Assembly (NCBI GenBank): GCA_002343485.1
Contig: DDST01000138.1
Coordinates: 53,082-117,081 of the forward strand
Length of the DNA: 64,000 nucleotides
Origin: Proteobacteria bacterium UBA2383
GTDB lineage: Bacteria > Pseudomonadota > Gammaproteobacteria > Competibacterales > Competibacteraceae
Direction of reading: 5' to 3'
Positions 40,979 to 49,414 of the stretch are shown piece by piece; within the stretch, counting starts at the first letter, position 1; each line of letters starts with the position of its first letter. Made by a program: the position numbers and the translations under genes. A model generated the notes under the pieces. That model was not told the DNA's origin. It worked only from the letters and a program-made list of their open reading frames with translations, and made no database searches.

Positions 40979-41730
40979 TTTTTTTCAATCCCTTCGTCAT
41001 TGCATTTCTGGTATTGCTGTCGTTGGTCATTGCCTCGATCAAGATGCTTTATGAATATGAGCGCGCCGTAGTGTTCTTTTTAGGCCGCTTTCAGGCGGTC
41101 AAGGGGCCTGGACTCGTTATTGTCATTCCAGTTATCCAGCAAATGAGACGAGTTGATCTACGGACAGTGGTCATGGACGTGCCCAGCCAGGATGTCATCT
41201 CCCGTGATAACGTGTCGGTTAAGGTCAATGCCGTTATTTATTTCCGAGTCATTGAACCTGAACGGGCGGTTATTCAAGTTGAAGACTACTTCGCTGCTAC
41301 GAGTCAGCTGGCGCAAACGACGCTGCGTTCAGTGCTTGGTCAGCATGAATTGGATGAGATGCTGGCTGGACGTGAGAAGCTGAACCAGGATATTCAGACG
41401 ATTCTCGATTCCGAGACCGATGCTTGGGGTATCAAGGTGGCTAATGTGGAACTAAAGCATGTGGACATCGATGAAAGCATGATTCGTGCGATCGCCCGCC
41501 AGGCTGAGGCCGAACGCGAGCGGCGGGCCAAGATCATCAATGCCGAGGGGGAATTCCAAGCGGCCGACCGTATTCGCCAGGCTGCTGAAATCATCGCCTC
41601 CCAGCCACAGGCTCTGCAATTACGCTATTTGCAGACACTCAACGATATCGGTGTTCATAACAACACAACCGTCGTGTTTCCGGTGCCACTGGATTTGATC
41701 AAGCCATTGCTTGAGTCAAGACAGCCGTAA
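40975..41730 (+). CDS. SPFH/stomatin (slipin) family protein
   Basis: 251 aa. N-terminal TM plus the band-7 domain pattern ([13 protein letters not shown].., [12 protein letters not shown]). Confidence 0.93.
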   Translation: MIFFNPFVIAFLVLLSLVIASIKMLYEYERAVVFFLGRFQAVKGPGLVIVIPVIQQMRRVDLRTVVMDVPSQDVISRDNVSVKVNAVIYFRVIEPERAVIQVEDYFAATSQLAQTTLRSVLGQHELDEMLAGREKLNQDIQTILDSETDAWGIKVANVELKHVDIDESMIRAIARQAEAERERRAKIINAEGEFQAADRIRQAAEIIASQPQALQLRYLQTLNDIGVHNNTTVVFPVPLDLIKPLLESRQP

Positions 41731-41938
41731 ATTGTTAGGCTTGTAAGGGATGAGCATCTCTTGCCCGTATGGGCCTCTCAGTGAGGCTATTGGCACCTCG
41801 AATCGCAAGTAAGGCTTGGTTGTATCAGTAAATCCACAAAAACAGGTAAGATATCATAGATTGTGAAAAGAGGCTGCATTCAGATACATCTTAAACTGTT
41901 AATGAAAAATACAGTTTTATTTTTGAATATCATTCAGC

Positions 41939-42814
41939 ATGTTAACGAGTTTTAGAACAAACATCATGACTACTATTGACTTTAAATCTCATGCCAAGGT
42001 AGGTGTTTATGTAGACGCCTCCAATATTTCACGCAACGGTGGCCAGCGTATGCAATATGACATATTGCGTGAATTTGCCTGTCGTGATTACGCAGAACCC
42101 CTGCGATTGAATGTCTATCTATCCTACGATGAGGAACGCGCCGAAACCAACGTGGTCTATCGGGATAAGGCCCGGGCTTATCAGTCTGCTCTCCGTGAAT
42201 TAGGTTATAAGGTCATTGAAAAGCGGGTCAAATGGTTTCAGGATGAAGCGGGCAATCGTTATGGCAAAGCTAACGCTGATCTCGACATGGCGGTCGATGT
42301 CTTGTTGCAGTCGGAGAATTTGGACCGCGTGTTGCTGGCGACGGGCGATGGGGATTTTGTACAAGTAGTTCGTGCCTTGCAAAACAAGGGTTGCCGGGTA
42401 GAAACTCTGGCTTTCGATAATGTTTCGGAGGAATTACGAAGGGAATCTGACATGTTTGTCTCTGGTTACTTGGTGCCTGGATTGCTACCAACCCGGGGTG
42501 ATGATTATCTCTCGCCGATCTGGGGGGCAATGGGTTCCCGGGTTCGCGGCTATTGTTACCATCATGACGATAATAAAAGCTTTGGCTTCATGCGCTTTCT
42601 GGTCAAGCTATCTCCATATCTGTGGAAAACCGATTCGCGCGATTCCGAATCCCCTTACCGGACGGCGTTCTTCCACGACTCTAGCCTGCCCGATGGCTTT
42701 AATGTCATGAAACTGCCGTCTCGTAACCATATTTTTGAATTCACCCTCGCTGAACCGAACGGCAAACAACCCGTCGCCACTGACATTGTATTGGTTCATC
42801 CTGCCCCATTGTGA
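41939..42814 (+). CDS. NYN/LabA-like RNase domain fused to a C-terminal cold-shock-like OB domain
   Basis: 291 aa. NYN acidic motifs GVYVDASN, DLDMAVD, ATGDGDF. The C-terminus has GYCYHHDDNKSFGFMRF ... AFFHDSSL ... IFEFTL, resembling a CSD. The start could be the second ATG at 41966. Confidence 0.8.
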   Translation: MLTSFRTNIMTTIDFKSHAKVGVYVDASNISRNGGQRMQYDILREFACRDYAEPLRLNVYLSYDEERAETNVVYRDKARAYQSALRELGYKVIEKRVKWFQDEAGNRYGKANADLDMAVDVLLQSENLDRVLLATGDGDFVQVVRALQNKGCRVETLAFDNVSEELRRESDMFVSGYLVPGLLPTRGDDYLSPIWGAMGSRVRGYCYHHDDNKSFGFMRFLVKLSPYLWKTDSRDSESPYRTAFFHDSSLPDGFNVMKLPSRNHIFEFTLAEPNGKQPVATDIVLVHPAPL

Positions 42815-42860
42815 GCGTCCGAGGCGCAACGTTCGAGGCCTATCTCTGTCGAGAAACACT

Positions 42861-44984
42861 ATGCACCACCATTTCTTAAACCTGAAATTTCTGACCCTGC
42901 TCTTGTTGCCGCTGATCCTGACTTTGGGTGCAGCAGATATCTTCGCGAAACCGGAAGATGCAAATGCGACTCTCCAAATCAAGACCTTGGCGCCGACTGC
43001 GCGTCAGGATTCGCTGGATCGGACCATTGCCAACCTGCTATCGCAACATCATTACCGGCAAAGTCCGCTGGATGATGCATTATCGTCACTGATACTGAAT
43101 GCCTATCTCGATAACCTAGACTTCAGCCGTTCCTATTTTTTGGCCAGCGATATCGCTGATTTTGAATCCTATCGCACAACCCTGGACGATGCGGTGAAAG
43201 AGGGCAACCTGCAACCGGCCTTCATAATTTTTAACACCTACCTGCGCCGGTTGACCGAGCGGACTGCTCAAATCCAGGCTCTGCTCAAACAGGAATTCCG
43301 TTTCGATATCGATGAATCTCTGGAGGTAGACCGTAAAGATGCGCCTTGGGCCAGGATACCTGAGGAGCTGGATGATCTGTGGCGTAAGCGGCTAAAGCAT
43401 GAAACGTTGACGCTCATCATATCAGGTAAAGATCAGGCGGCTGCCCGCGAGTTGTTGAGTAAGCGTTATGACAACCGGTTGCGGCAAGCCTTGCAGTCCA
43501 CCAGCGATGACGTTTTCCAGTGGTATATGAATGCGGTGGCCCAGGCCTTTGACCCCCATACGGCTTTCTTTTCGCCGCGTAATACCGAAAATTTCAATAT
43601 TCAGATGCGCTTGTCGTTGGAGGGGATTGGCTGCGTATTGCGGATGGAGGATGAGCAGGTCTCAGTGGTGGAACTCGTGGCTGGCGGTCCTGCGGATCTT
43701 AGCCAGCAGATTCGACCCAGTGATAAGATCGTCGCCGTTGCGCAAGGCGATAAAGATCCTTGGGTCGATGTGGTGGGGTGGCGGCTCGATGATGTCGTCG
43801 AAAAAATTCGCGGCCCGCGTGGCACGGTGGTGCGCCTGAAAATCTTGCCAGGCAAGGCGGGTGTGGCAGCGGCTGAGAAAACTGTGCGATTGGTGCGCGA
43901 CACCATTAAGCTGGAAAAGCAGGCTGCCAAGAGTGAGATTAAAACCTTTAAGGATTCAAATCACCGCGAATTGCGGGTGGGCGTCATCACCATCCCAGCA
44001 TTTTACAGCGATTTTGAAGCGGCCCGGCGTGGGGTCAAGGATTATCGCAGCACTACGCGCGATGTTCGGCGGCTGCTGAAAGAACTGACCGGCCAAATCG
44101 ATGGCCTCGTGCTGGATCTGCGTGAAAACGGTGGCGGCTCCCTGCAGGAGGCAGTGGATTTAACGGGGCTGTTCATCGGCAACGGGCCAGTGGTTCAGGT
44201 TAGAAACTCCAGTGGCCGGGTAGAAGTTGAAGAGGACGATGATGAAAGCCAGGTGTATAACGGTCCGCTGGCAGTGCTGGTGGATCACGCGAGTGCTTCG
44301 GCCTCAGAAATTTTCGCAGGCGCTATTCAGGATTATGGGCGCGGCATTGTTATTGGTGATCCCACTTTCGGCAAGGGTACGGTGCAAACTCTGGTGGATC
44401 TGAGCCGGCTAACCCGGAATAGAGAACCACAAGGCCAATTGAAAATAACCATCGCGAAGTTTTATCGAGTCAGTGGCGGCAGCACGCAACATCGTGGGGT
44501 GCTGCCGGATATCGCGATTCCCTCAGCGTTAGACAGCGAGGATCTTGGCGAAAGCGCACAGAAGAACGCCCTGCCGTGGGATGAGATCCCAGCTACCCGT
44601 TATCAGGGTGACCGGCGTCTGGTAATGCTGGTGCCGGAACTGAACCGGCGGCATCAGGCACGGGTGAGTAATGATCCAGATTATCAGGCTTTCTTGCGTG
44701 ATCTCGAATTTACTCGGCAACAGCAGGATAAAACGACAGTTTCACTGCTGGAAAAACAGCGCCAGGCTGAACAGGCGCGTATTGAGGCGTGGCAACGAGA
44801 ACGTGAAAATCGTTACCGGGCAGTTAAGAAATTGCCACTGCTCAAGTCTGGTGATGAGATTCCAGAAGGAAAAGACAGCTTGATTCCCGACTTGGCACTC
44901 GAGGAAAGCGCCCGCGTTGTTGCTGATCTGATCCTATTGGACAGCCCGGACAAAGGCTCGAGCACTCTGGTGATGAGCCACTGA
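42861..44984 (+). CDS. prc: tail-specific (C-terminal processing) protease
   Basis: The internal ATG at 42861 gives the signal peptide MHHHFLNLKFLTLLLLPLILTLGAA. PDZ region and S41 peptidase core ASASEIFAGAIQDYGRGIVIGDPTFGKGTVQ. Confidence 0.93.
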   Translation: MHHHFLNLKFLTLLLLPLILTLGAADIFAKPEDANATLQIKTLAPTARQDSLDRTIANLLSQHHYRQSPLDDALSSLILNAYLDNLDFSRSYFLASDIADFESYRTTLDDAVKEGNLQPAFIIFNTYLRRLTERTAQIQALLKQEFRFDIDESLEVDRKDAPWARIPEELDDLWRKRLKHETLTLIISGKDQAAARELLSKRYDNRLRQALQSTSDDVFQWYMNAVAQAFDPHTAFFSPRNTENFNIQMRLSLEGIGCVLRMEDEQVSVVELVAGGPADLSQQIRPSDKIVAVAQGDKDPWVDVVGWRLDDVVEKIRGPRGTVVRLKILPGKAGVAAAEKTVRLVRDTIKLEKQAAKSEIKTFKDSNHRELRVGVITIPAFYSDFEAARRGVKDYRSTTRDVRRLLKELTGQIDGLVLDLRENGGGSLQEAVDLTGLFIGNGPVVQVRNSSGRVEVEEDDDESQVYNGPLAVLVDHASASASEIFAGAIQDYGRGIVIGDPTFGKGTVQTLVDLSRLTRNREPQGQLKITIAKFYRVSGGSTQHRGVLPDIAIPSALDSEDLGESAQKNALPWDEIPATRYQGDRRLVMLVPELNRRHQARVSNDPDYQAFLRDLEFTRQQQDKTTVSLLEKQRQAEQARIEAWQRERENRYRAVKKLPLLKSGDEIPEGKDSLIPDLALEESARVVADLILLDSPDKGSSTLVMSH

Positions 44985-44988
44985 CATT

Positions 44989-45867
44989 GTGGAATCGATC
45001 ACGTTGGTACTGGACGAGGCATTGGCCGAACGGCTAAATCGAGTCCTCACCCGCTGGGAAGCGCGATTGCCGGCAATGCTGGAAGCGCCAGACTGGGCAC
45101 AATACCGTGCGTTCCGTTGGCGGCAGTTCGGCCAGGATGGTTGTTTTCAGCCGGTGCGGCATCCGCACCGGTTGCGATTGGCTGACTTGCAGCGGATCGA
45201 CCGCCAGAAAGCTGCTTTGGATCTGAATATACGGCAATTTCTGGCCGGACGCCCCTGTAATCATGTGCTGCTATGGGGCGCTCGGGGTACGGGTAAATCT
45301 TCGCTGATCAAGGCCTTGCTCAATGAATATGCTCACCGGGGATTGCGGCTGATCGAAGTGGACCGGCATGATCTACTGAATTTACCCGACATCGTCGAAC
45401 CCCTGTTTGAGCGGCCCGAGCGGTTTCTTCTCTATTGCGACGATCTGTCGTTCGAAGCCAGCGATCCCAGCTACAAGGCGCTTAAAGCAATGCTGGATGG
45501 CTCGATCAACGCGGCTCCCGACAATGTGTTGTTGTGCGCTACCTCCAACCGCCGTCACCTGTTGCCTGAATATCTGCGGGAGAATCAGGATGCCCGGCTG
45601 GTCGAAGGTGAACTGCATCATGGCGAGGCGGTAGAGGAAAAAATCTCATTGTCGGAGCGCTTTGGGCTGTGGCTATCGTTTTACCCCTTCAGCCAGGACG
45701 ACTATCTTGCCATCGTTGCCCATTGGCTGAAATGCTTGGAATGGCCGGTGGGATTGGATGAAACCGCTCGCCAGGCAGCCTTGCAATGGGCATTGCAACG
45801 CGGGTCGCGCAGTGGCCGGGTGGCCTGGCAATTTGCTCGTGACTGGGTTGGCCGCCAAGGGCTTTAG
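44989..45867 (+). CDS. AAA-type ATPase, DUF815-like
   Basis: 292 aa, GTG start. Walker A GARGTGKSS, Walker B LLYCDDLSF. Confidence 0.8.
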   Translation: MESITLVLDEALAERLNRVLTRWEARLPAMLEAPDWAQYRAFRWRQFGQDGCFQPVRHPHRLRLADLQRIDRQKAALDLNIRQFLAGRPCNHVLLWGARGTGKSSLIKALLNEYAHRGLRLIEVDRHDLLNLPDIVEPLFERPERFLLYCDDLSFEASDPSYKALKAMLDGSINAAPDNVLLCATSNRRHLLPEYLRENQDARLVEGELHHGEAVEEKISLSERFGLWLSFYPFSQDDYLAIVAHWLKCLEWPVGLDETARQAALQWALQRGSRSGRVAWQFARDWVGRQGL

Positions 45868-46406
45868 TGGGCGCGATGCTGGGCAAAGGCAATCCGGTCG
45901 ATAAACGCCATCACCAGTGCCGATACCACAAAAGTCAGATGAATCACTACTAACCAGAATAAGTGGTTATTCCATAAAAGAATATCGCTATTTTGAGGTT
46001 GAGTGGTCATGAATGCCCTGAGCAAGTGAATGGAAGAAATGGCAACGATGGCGACCGCCAGTTTGATTTTGATGGTGGCCGCATCGATCTTGCCCAGCCA
46101 GGAGGGCTTTTCCTGATCCCCAGTAGTATCCAGCGCGGAAACAAAGGTTTCGTAGCTGCTGAGAATCACCATCACCAGCAGGTTGGCGACCAGCACCATG
46201 TCGATCATTGCCAGCACCGACAGAATTAGATCGGTTTCGCTCGCACTCAGAATAACTTGAAACAAGTGGATAGCCTCCTGCACCGCCTTGACGGTAAACA
46301 GGACCAGGACGGCAATGAGCGCCAGATACAGTGGTGCCAGCAGCCAGCGGCTGAGTAGGATAGTGCGTTCGAGAAGAGTTTCAATCAGTTTCATAACGAC
46401 GATCAC
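45864..46406 (-). CDS. UPF0114 (YqhA-like) membrane protein
   Basis: 180 aa. ..LSRWLLAPLYLAL.. N-terminus and the four-TM layout typical of YqhA. Confidence 0.8.
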   Translation of the reverse strand: MIVVMKLIETLLERTILLSRWLLAPLYLALIAVLVLFTVKAVQEAIHLFQVILSASETDLILSVLAMIDMVLVANLLVMVILSSYETFVSALDTTGDQEKPSWLGKIDAATIKIKLAVAIVAISSIHLLRAFMTTQPQNSDILLWNNHLFWLVVIHLTFVVSALVMAFIDRIAFAQHRAH

Positions 46407-46478
46407 GATGATTGGATTGGGCGGCAGGTTTTATGAGTGAAGCGTTCCTGTTGAATCAAACGGGCTTAGGATAGATGC

Positions 46479-47435
46479 TCAGGCGGCATATTTGCATTCA
46501 TAATGGATAACATCGGGGTTTTCATCGAAGGCTGCTTGTCCTAAGCAAATAATACCTTGGTCTTGAAGAATGATTTCTTCACGTCGCACGAAAAAACGTG
46601 ACCCGTTTTCTAGCATCAAGTATGTTCCGTTCGTGCTGTGGTCCGCCAGGATAAATTTACCCTGCCGGGACTCAATAATGGCATGGCTGCGAGACACCAG
46701 TTCCCGGTCGATGACCAAGTTGTTTCTGGTACCACGGCCTATGCTAAAAGGCTCGGCGGAAGGCGCCAATTCAATATTCTGGCCACGATAAACCAGAAGT
46801 AGCCGGGCATATAATTTATTACGCAGGATCTTTTGCGTTTCCACATCAGACATCTGGGTGAGGCTAGTCGATTCATACCAGATCACCTCGACGATTTCCA
46901 TTTCATCCTGTTTACCACGCACCCAGGACCGGCCAAGGCCTCGGGTCATTTGTTGAAGGTCCGGTGACAGGTAGCTTACCGTCTCCCGTGTCGTAATGAT
47001 TTGATCCGCTTTGGCCAGGGCCACCATCCGGGCTGCAACATTGACTGCGTCGCCAAAGACATCATTCTTTTCAACTAACACTGACCCATGGTGGAGGCCA
47101 ATCCGAATCGCAATATTCAAATCGACTAACACCGGATCATTTTTGATCCCCTCCTGCATGTCACACGCAGCCTGTACTCCCGATGTGGCGGCAGGAAAGC
47201 GGCTCATGATTTCATCGCCAATCGTTTTAATTACTGTGCCATGATGGGTAGCCGTCCGTGCTGCAAGCAAGTCCAATACACGGCTTTCAATTTGCCGTGC
47301 GCGCACATCTCCGTACTTTTCAAACAGGTGGGTACTACCACAAATATCAGCGAATAACAGAGTGGCCATCTCTTGCTGGCTTGATCCCGATGGAGTGCCT
47401 AGCATGGATGCTAGGTTGCTCAGTTTAAATTTCAT
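46479..47435 (-). CDS. class III adenylate/guanylate cyclase with C-terminal FHA domain
   Basis: 318 aa. Cyclase metal/catalytic motifs FADICGST, IGDEIM, GDAVNVAARM. FHA motifs FSIGRG..N.LVI....VSRSHA and HSTNGTY. Confidence 0.85.
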   Translation of the reverse strand: MKFKLSNLASMLGTPSGSSQQEMATLLFADICGSTHLFEKYGDVRARQIESRVLDLLAARTATHHGTVIKTIGDEIMSRFPAATSGVQAACDMQEGIKNDPVLVDLNIAIRIGLHHGSVLVEKNDVFGDAVNVAARMVALAKADQIITTRETVSYLSPDLQQMTRGLGRSWVRGKQDEMEIVEVIWYESTSLTQMSDVETQKILRNKLYARLLLVYRGQNIELAPSAEPFSIGRGTRNNLVIDRELVSRSHAIIESRQGKFILADHSTNGTYLMLENGSRFFVRREEIILQDQGIICLGQAAFDENPDVIHYECKYAA

Positions 47436-47461
47436 CTCCCTGATCCTCGGGGGTAGGATAA

Positions 47462-48166
47462 TCAGATGCAGTAATAACCACGTTTGTGTAGGCTCATGAT
47501 GAGCCGTTCAATGTTTTCGCGTGCTGTTTGCTCGTAGCGTCTCTGAAAGAAGCGGGTGAAAAAGAAGGTTGGACGCTCCTGCAGCGCCTGCAAGAACTTG
47601 ACATGGTTTGGGTAATACTCGTCATCGTTCATATTGGCACATTCGGCGCGAATCCGGCATCCGTCCCTTACGAACTCATCCCATGGCAGCCCGAAGCTGG
47701 ACAGATCGATGTCGACGATGAACTGTTCATCCTTCTGGCTGGGCTGTTCACGGTGGTTTGTAATCACAATCAAATTGTGAATCTGTTGTTGAAAAACAGC
47801 GTCTGTGCATCCACTGGCGTTTGAATAGTTTTGGAACAATTCAGCGCTACGCTGTTCGTTATCTTTTGCCCCAGGTTCATAAATAGCATCATGAAACCAT
47901 AGTGCTATCTCAATAGCGTTAGGGTTATCCATGAAAGTCACTACCCGGTCAAATTCTTGTAAGCAGTGCTGGATATGACCCAAGGTATGATAATGGCGAT
48001 GGGCTTCCCCGTAGAAATCAACCAGCCGGTTGTGAATCACTTCCGCAGCCGCCGGCTTGTTATTATTGATACAGCGTGTCCATAGTGCCACAAAGCGTGT
48101 TTTTAATGCATGATGTTCATCGAGCCGAATGATAGAACCGTCGGGTAAGTCAGATTGTTGGAACAT
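47462..48166 (-). CDS. HD-superfamily phosphohydrolase-like protein (COG4339-type)
   Basis: 234 aa. YHTLGHI ... ALWFHDAIY gives an H..HD-type pattern. GGAGG RBS upstream. Confidence 0.7.
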   Translation of the reverse strand: MFQQSDLPDGSIIRLDEHHALKTRFVALWTRCINNNKPAAAEVIHNRLVDFYGEAHRHYHTLGHIQHCLQEFDRVVTFMDNPNAIEIALWFHDAIYEPGAKDNEQRSAELFQNYSNASGCTDAVFQQQIHNLIVITNHREQPSQKDEQFIVDIDLSSFGLPWDEFVRDGCRIRAECANMNDDEYYPNHVKFLQALQERPTFFFTRFFQRRYEQTARENIERLIMSLHKRGYYCI

Positions 48167-48239
48167 CCCTCGCCTCCGGGGCTAGTCTTTGCGTGATAGC
48201 TTTCACCCTTGCATTCTCATTCTCCAGTGATAAGAGGAA

Positions 48240-49115
48240 TCAACGGTGATGCGCTAGGTAATCCTGGATCAATCGCCAAGCCATGCTCATGGGACTGGGT
48301 AAATCTGGCATTTCATTCGGGGCAAACCAGCGGGCATCTAGGATTTCCCGTCCATCGGCCTGTAATTCACCACCCGCGTAATCCGCAGTAAAGGCAATCA
48401 TTAATGAATGCGGGAACGGCCAGGATTGGCTGGCGAAGTAGCATAAATTATGCACCTGAATACCGGTTTCCTCTGCTACCTCGCGATGAATCGTCTGCTC
48501 CAGTGTCTCGCCCGCTTCCACAAATCCAGCTAATACACTGTATACTCCCGGCGCAAAACGCGGTGCCCGGGCCAGTAAAATCCGCTGATCCCGAATGACT
48601 CGCACCATAATGACCGGGGATAATCGTGGGTAAGCGGCTAACTGGCAAGCGGGACAGTAGCGGGCACGTTCCTCGGTGCGATGCTCAGTAGGTGTTCCGC
48701 ACTGGCCGCAGAACTGGTGACTACGATCCCATTCAATCAATTGCAGGGCATGTCCTGCAACGCCCAGCAAGGTATCATCTAGCCGCATCCATAACCCGCG
48801 CAGGTTCTCAAACGTCCATCCCGGTGGTGGTTGCGCGTTCACCACCTCAGCGGTATGGCAAGGCTGGCCTCCCAGTGTTCCCAGATACAGCCGCCGCTTT
48901 GGCGGCCATTTGGCGAAAGGCCAGACTGAGGCTAGCGGCAATTCCGATCTCTGATCAGTGGAGCGGACCAGCAATTGGCTGCCGGCAAACACAAACCACA
49001 ATGCGGGTTGTTCGATCTCTGTCGATGGCGGCAAGATGGCGGGCTGGAAAGCGTCTGGCAAGGTCAACATGGCCGAATCTTCCTGTTTGTAGTGAGCTGG
49101 ATCTTCAAACAGCAC
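48240..49115 (-). CDS. nudC: NAD-capped RNA hydrolase / NADH pyrophosphatase
   Basis: 291 aa. Zinc ribbon CGQCGTPT..CPAC and Nudix box GFVEAGETLEQTIHREVAEETGI. The true start may be the internal ATG (MLTLPDAF, about 49070). Confidence 0.9.
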   Translation of the reverse strand: MLFEDPAHYKQEDSAMLTLPDAFQPAILPPSTEIEQPALWFVFAGSQLLVRSTDQRSELPLASVWPFAKWPPKRRLYLGTLGGQPCHTAEVVNAQPPPGWTFENLRGLWMRLDDTLLGVAGHALQLIEWDRSHQFCGQCGTPTEHRTEERARYCPACQLAAYPRLSPVIMVRVIRDQRILLARAPRFAPGVYSVLAGFVEAGETLEQTIHREVAEETGIQVHNLCYFASQSWPFPHSLMIAFTADYAGGELQADGREILDARWFAPNEMPDLPSPMSMAWRLIQDYLAHHR

Positions 49116-49162
49116 TTATTTGCCCCGAACGGAGGTGAGAATTTGCGGCGCAAGGTACTGGC

Positions 49163-49288
49163 TTAAACGTAACCGTTCGCTTCCATTAGCGCCTGCAGCC
49201 AACGAGCGCCGGCAAGAATCTCAGTTTCTGTTGCCGCTTCCATTGCACGAGAGAAAGCCAGTTTATAGGTTATGGTATTTAGGATCAT
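49163..49288 (-). pseudogene. 41-codon relic of a paralogous hydrogenase-like (NuoD/HycE-type) large-subunit gene
   Basis: The minus-strand frame reads MILNTITYKLAFSRAMEAATETEILAGARWLQALMEANGYV*. The intact large subunit in this window reads ..TVAYALAFARAVEAATETEIPARAHWLRALM.. (about 58062-58154). 22 of 31 residues are identical by hand alignment. Confidence 0.6.
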
Positions 49289-49414
49289 TTTGAAATTTAA
49301 TGAAATTATGTATAGCGTAACATGCTGTTTGGCTATTTCGGAGACTGGAAATGCCTTCTGAAGAAGTGACTAGCTTATACTTTAATTTATGAGCCACTCA
49401 ATCAAGATTCTTCT

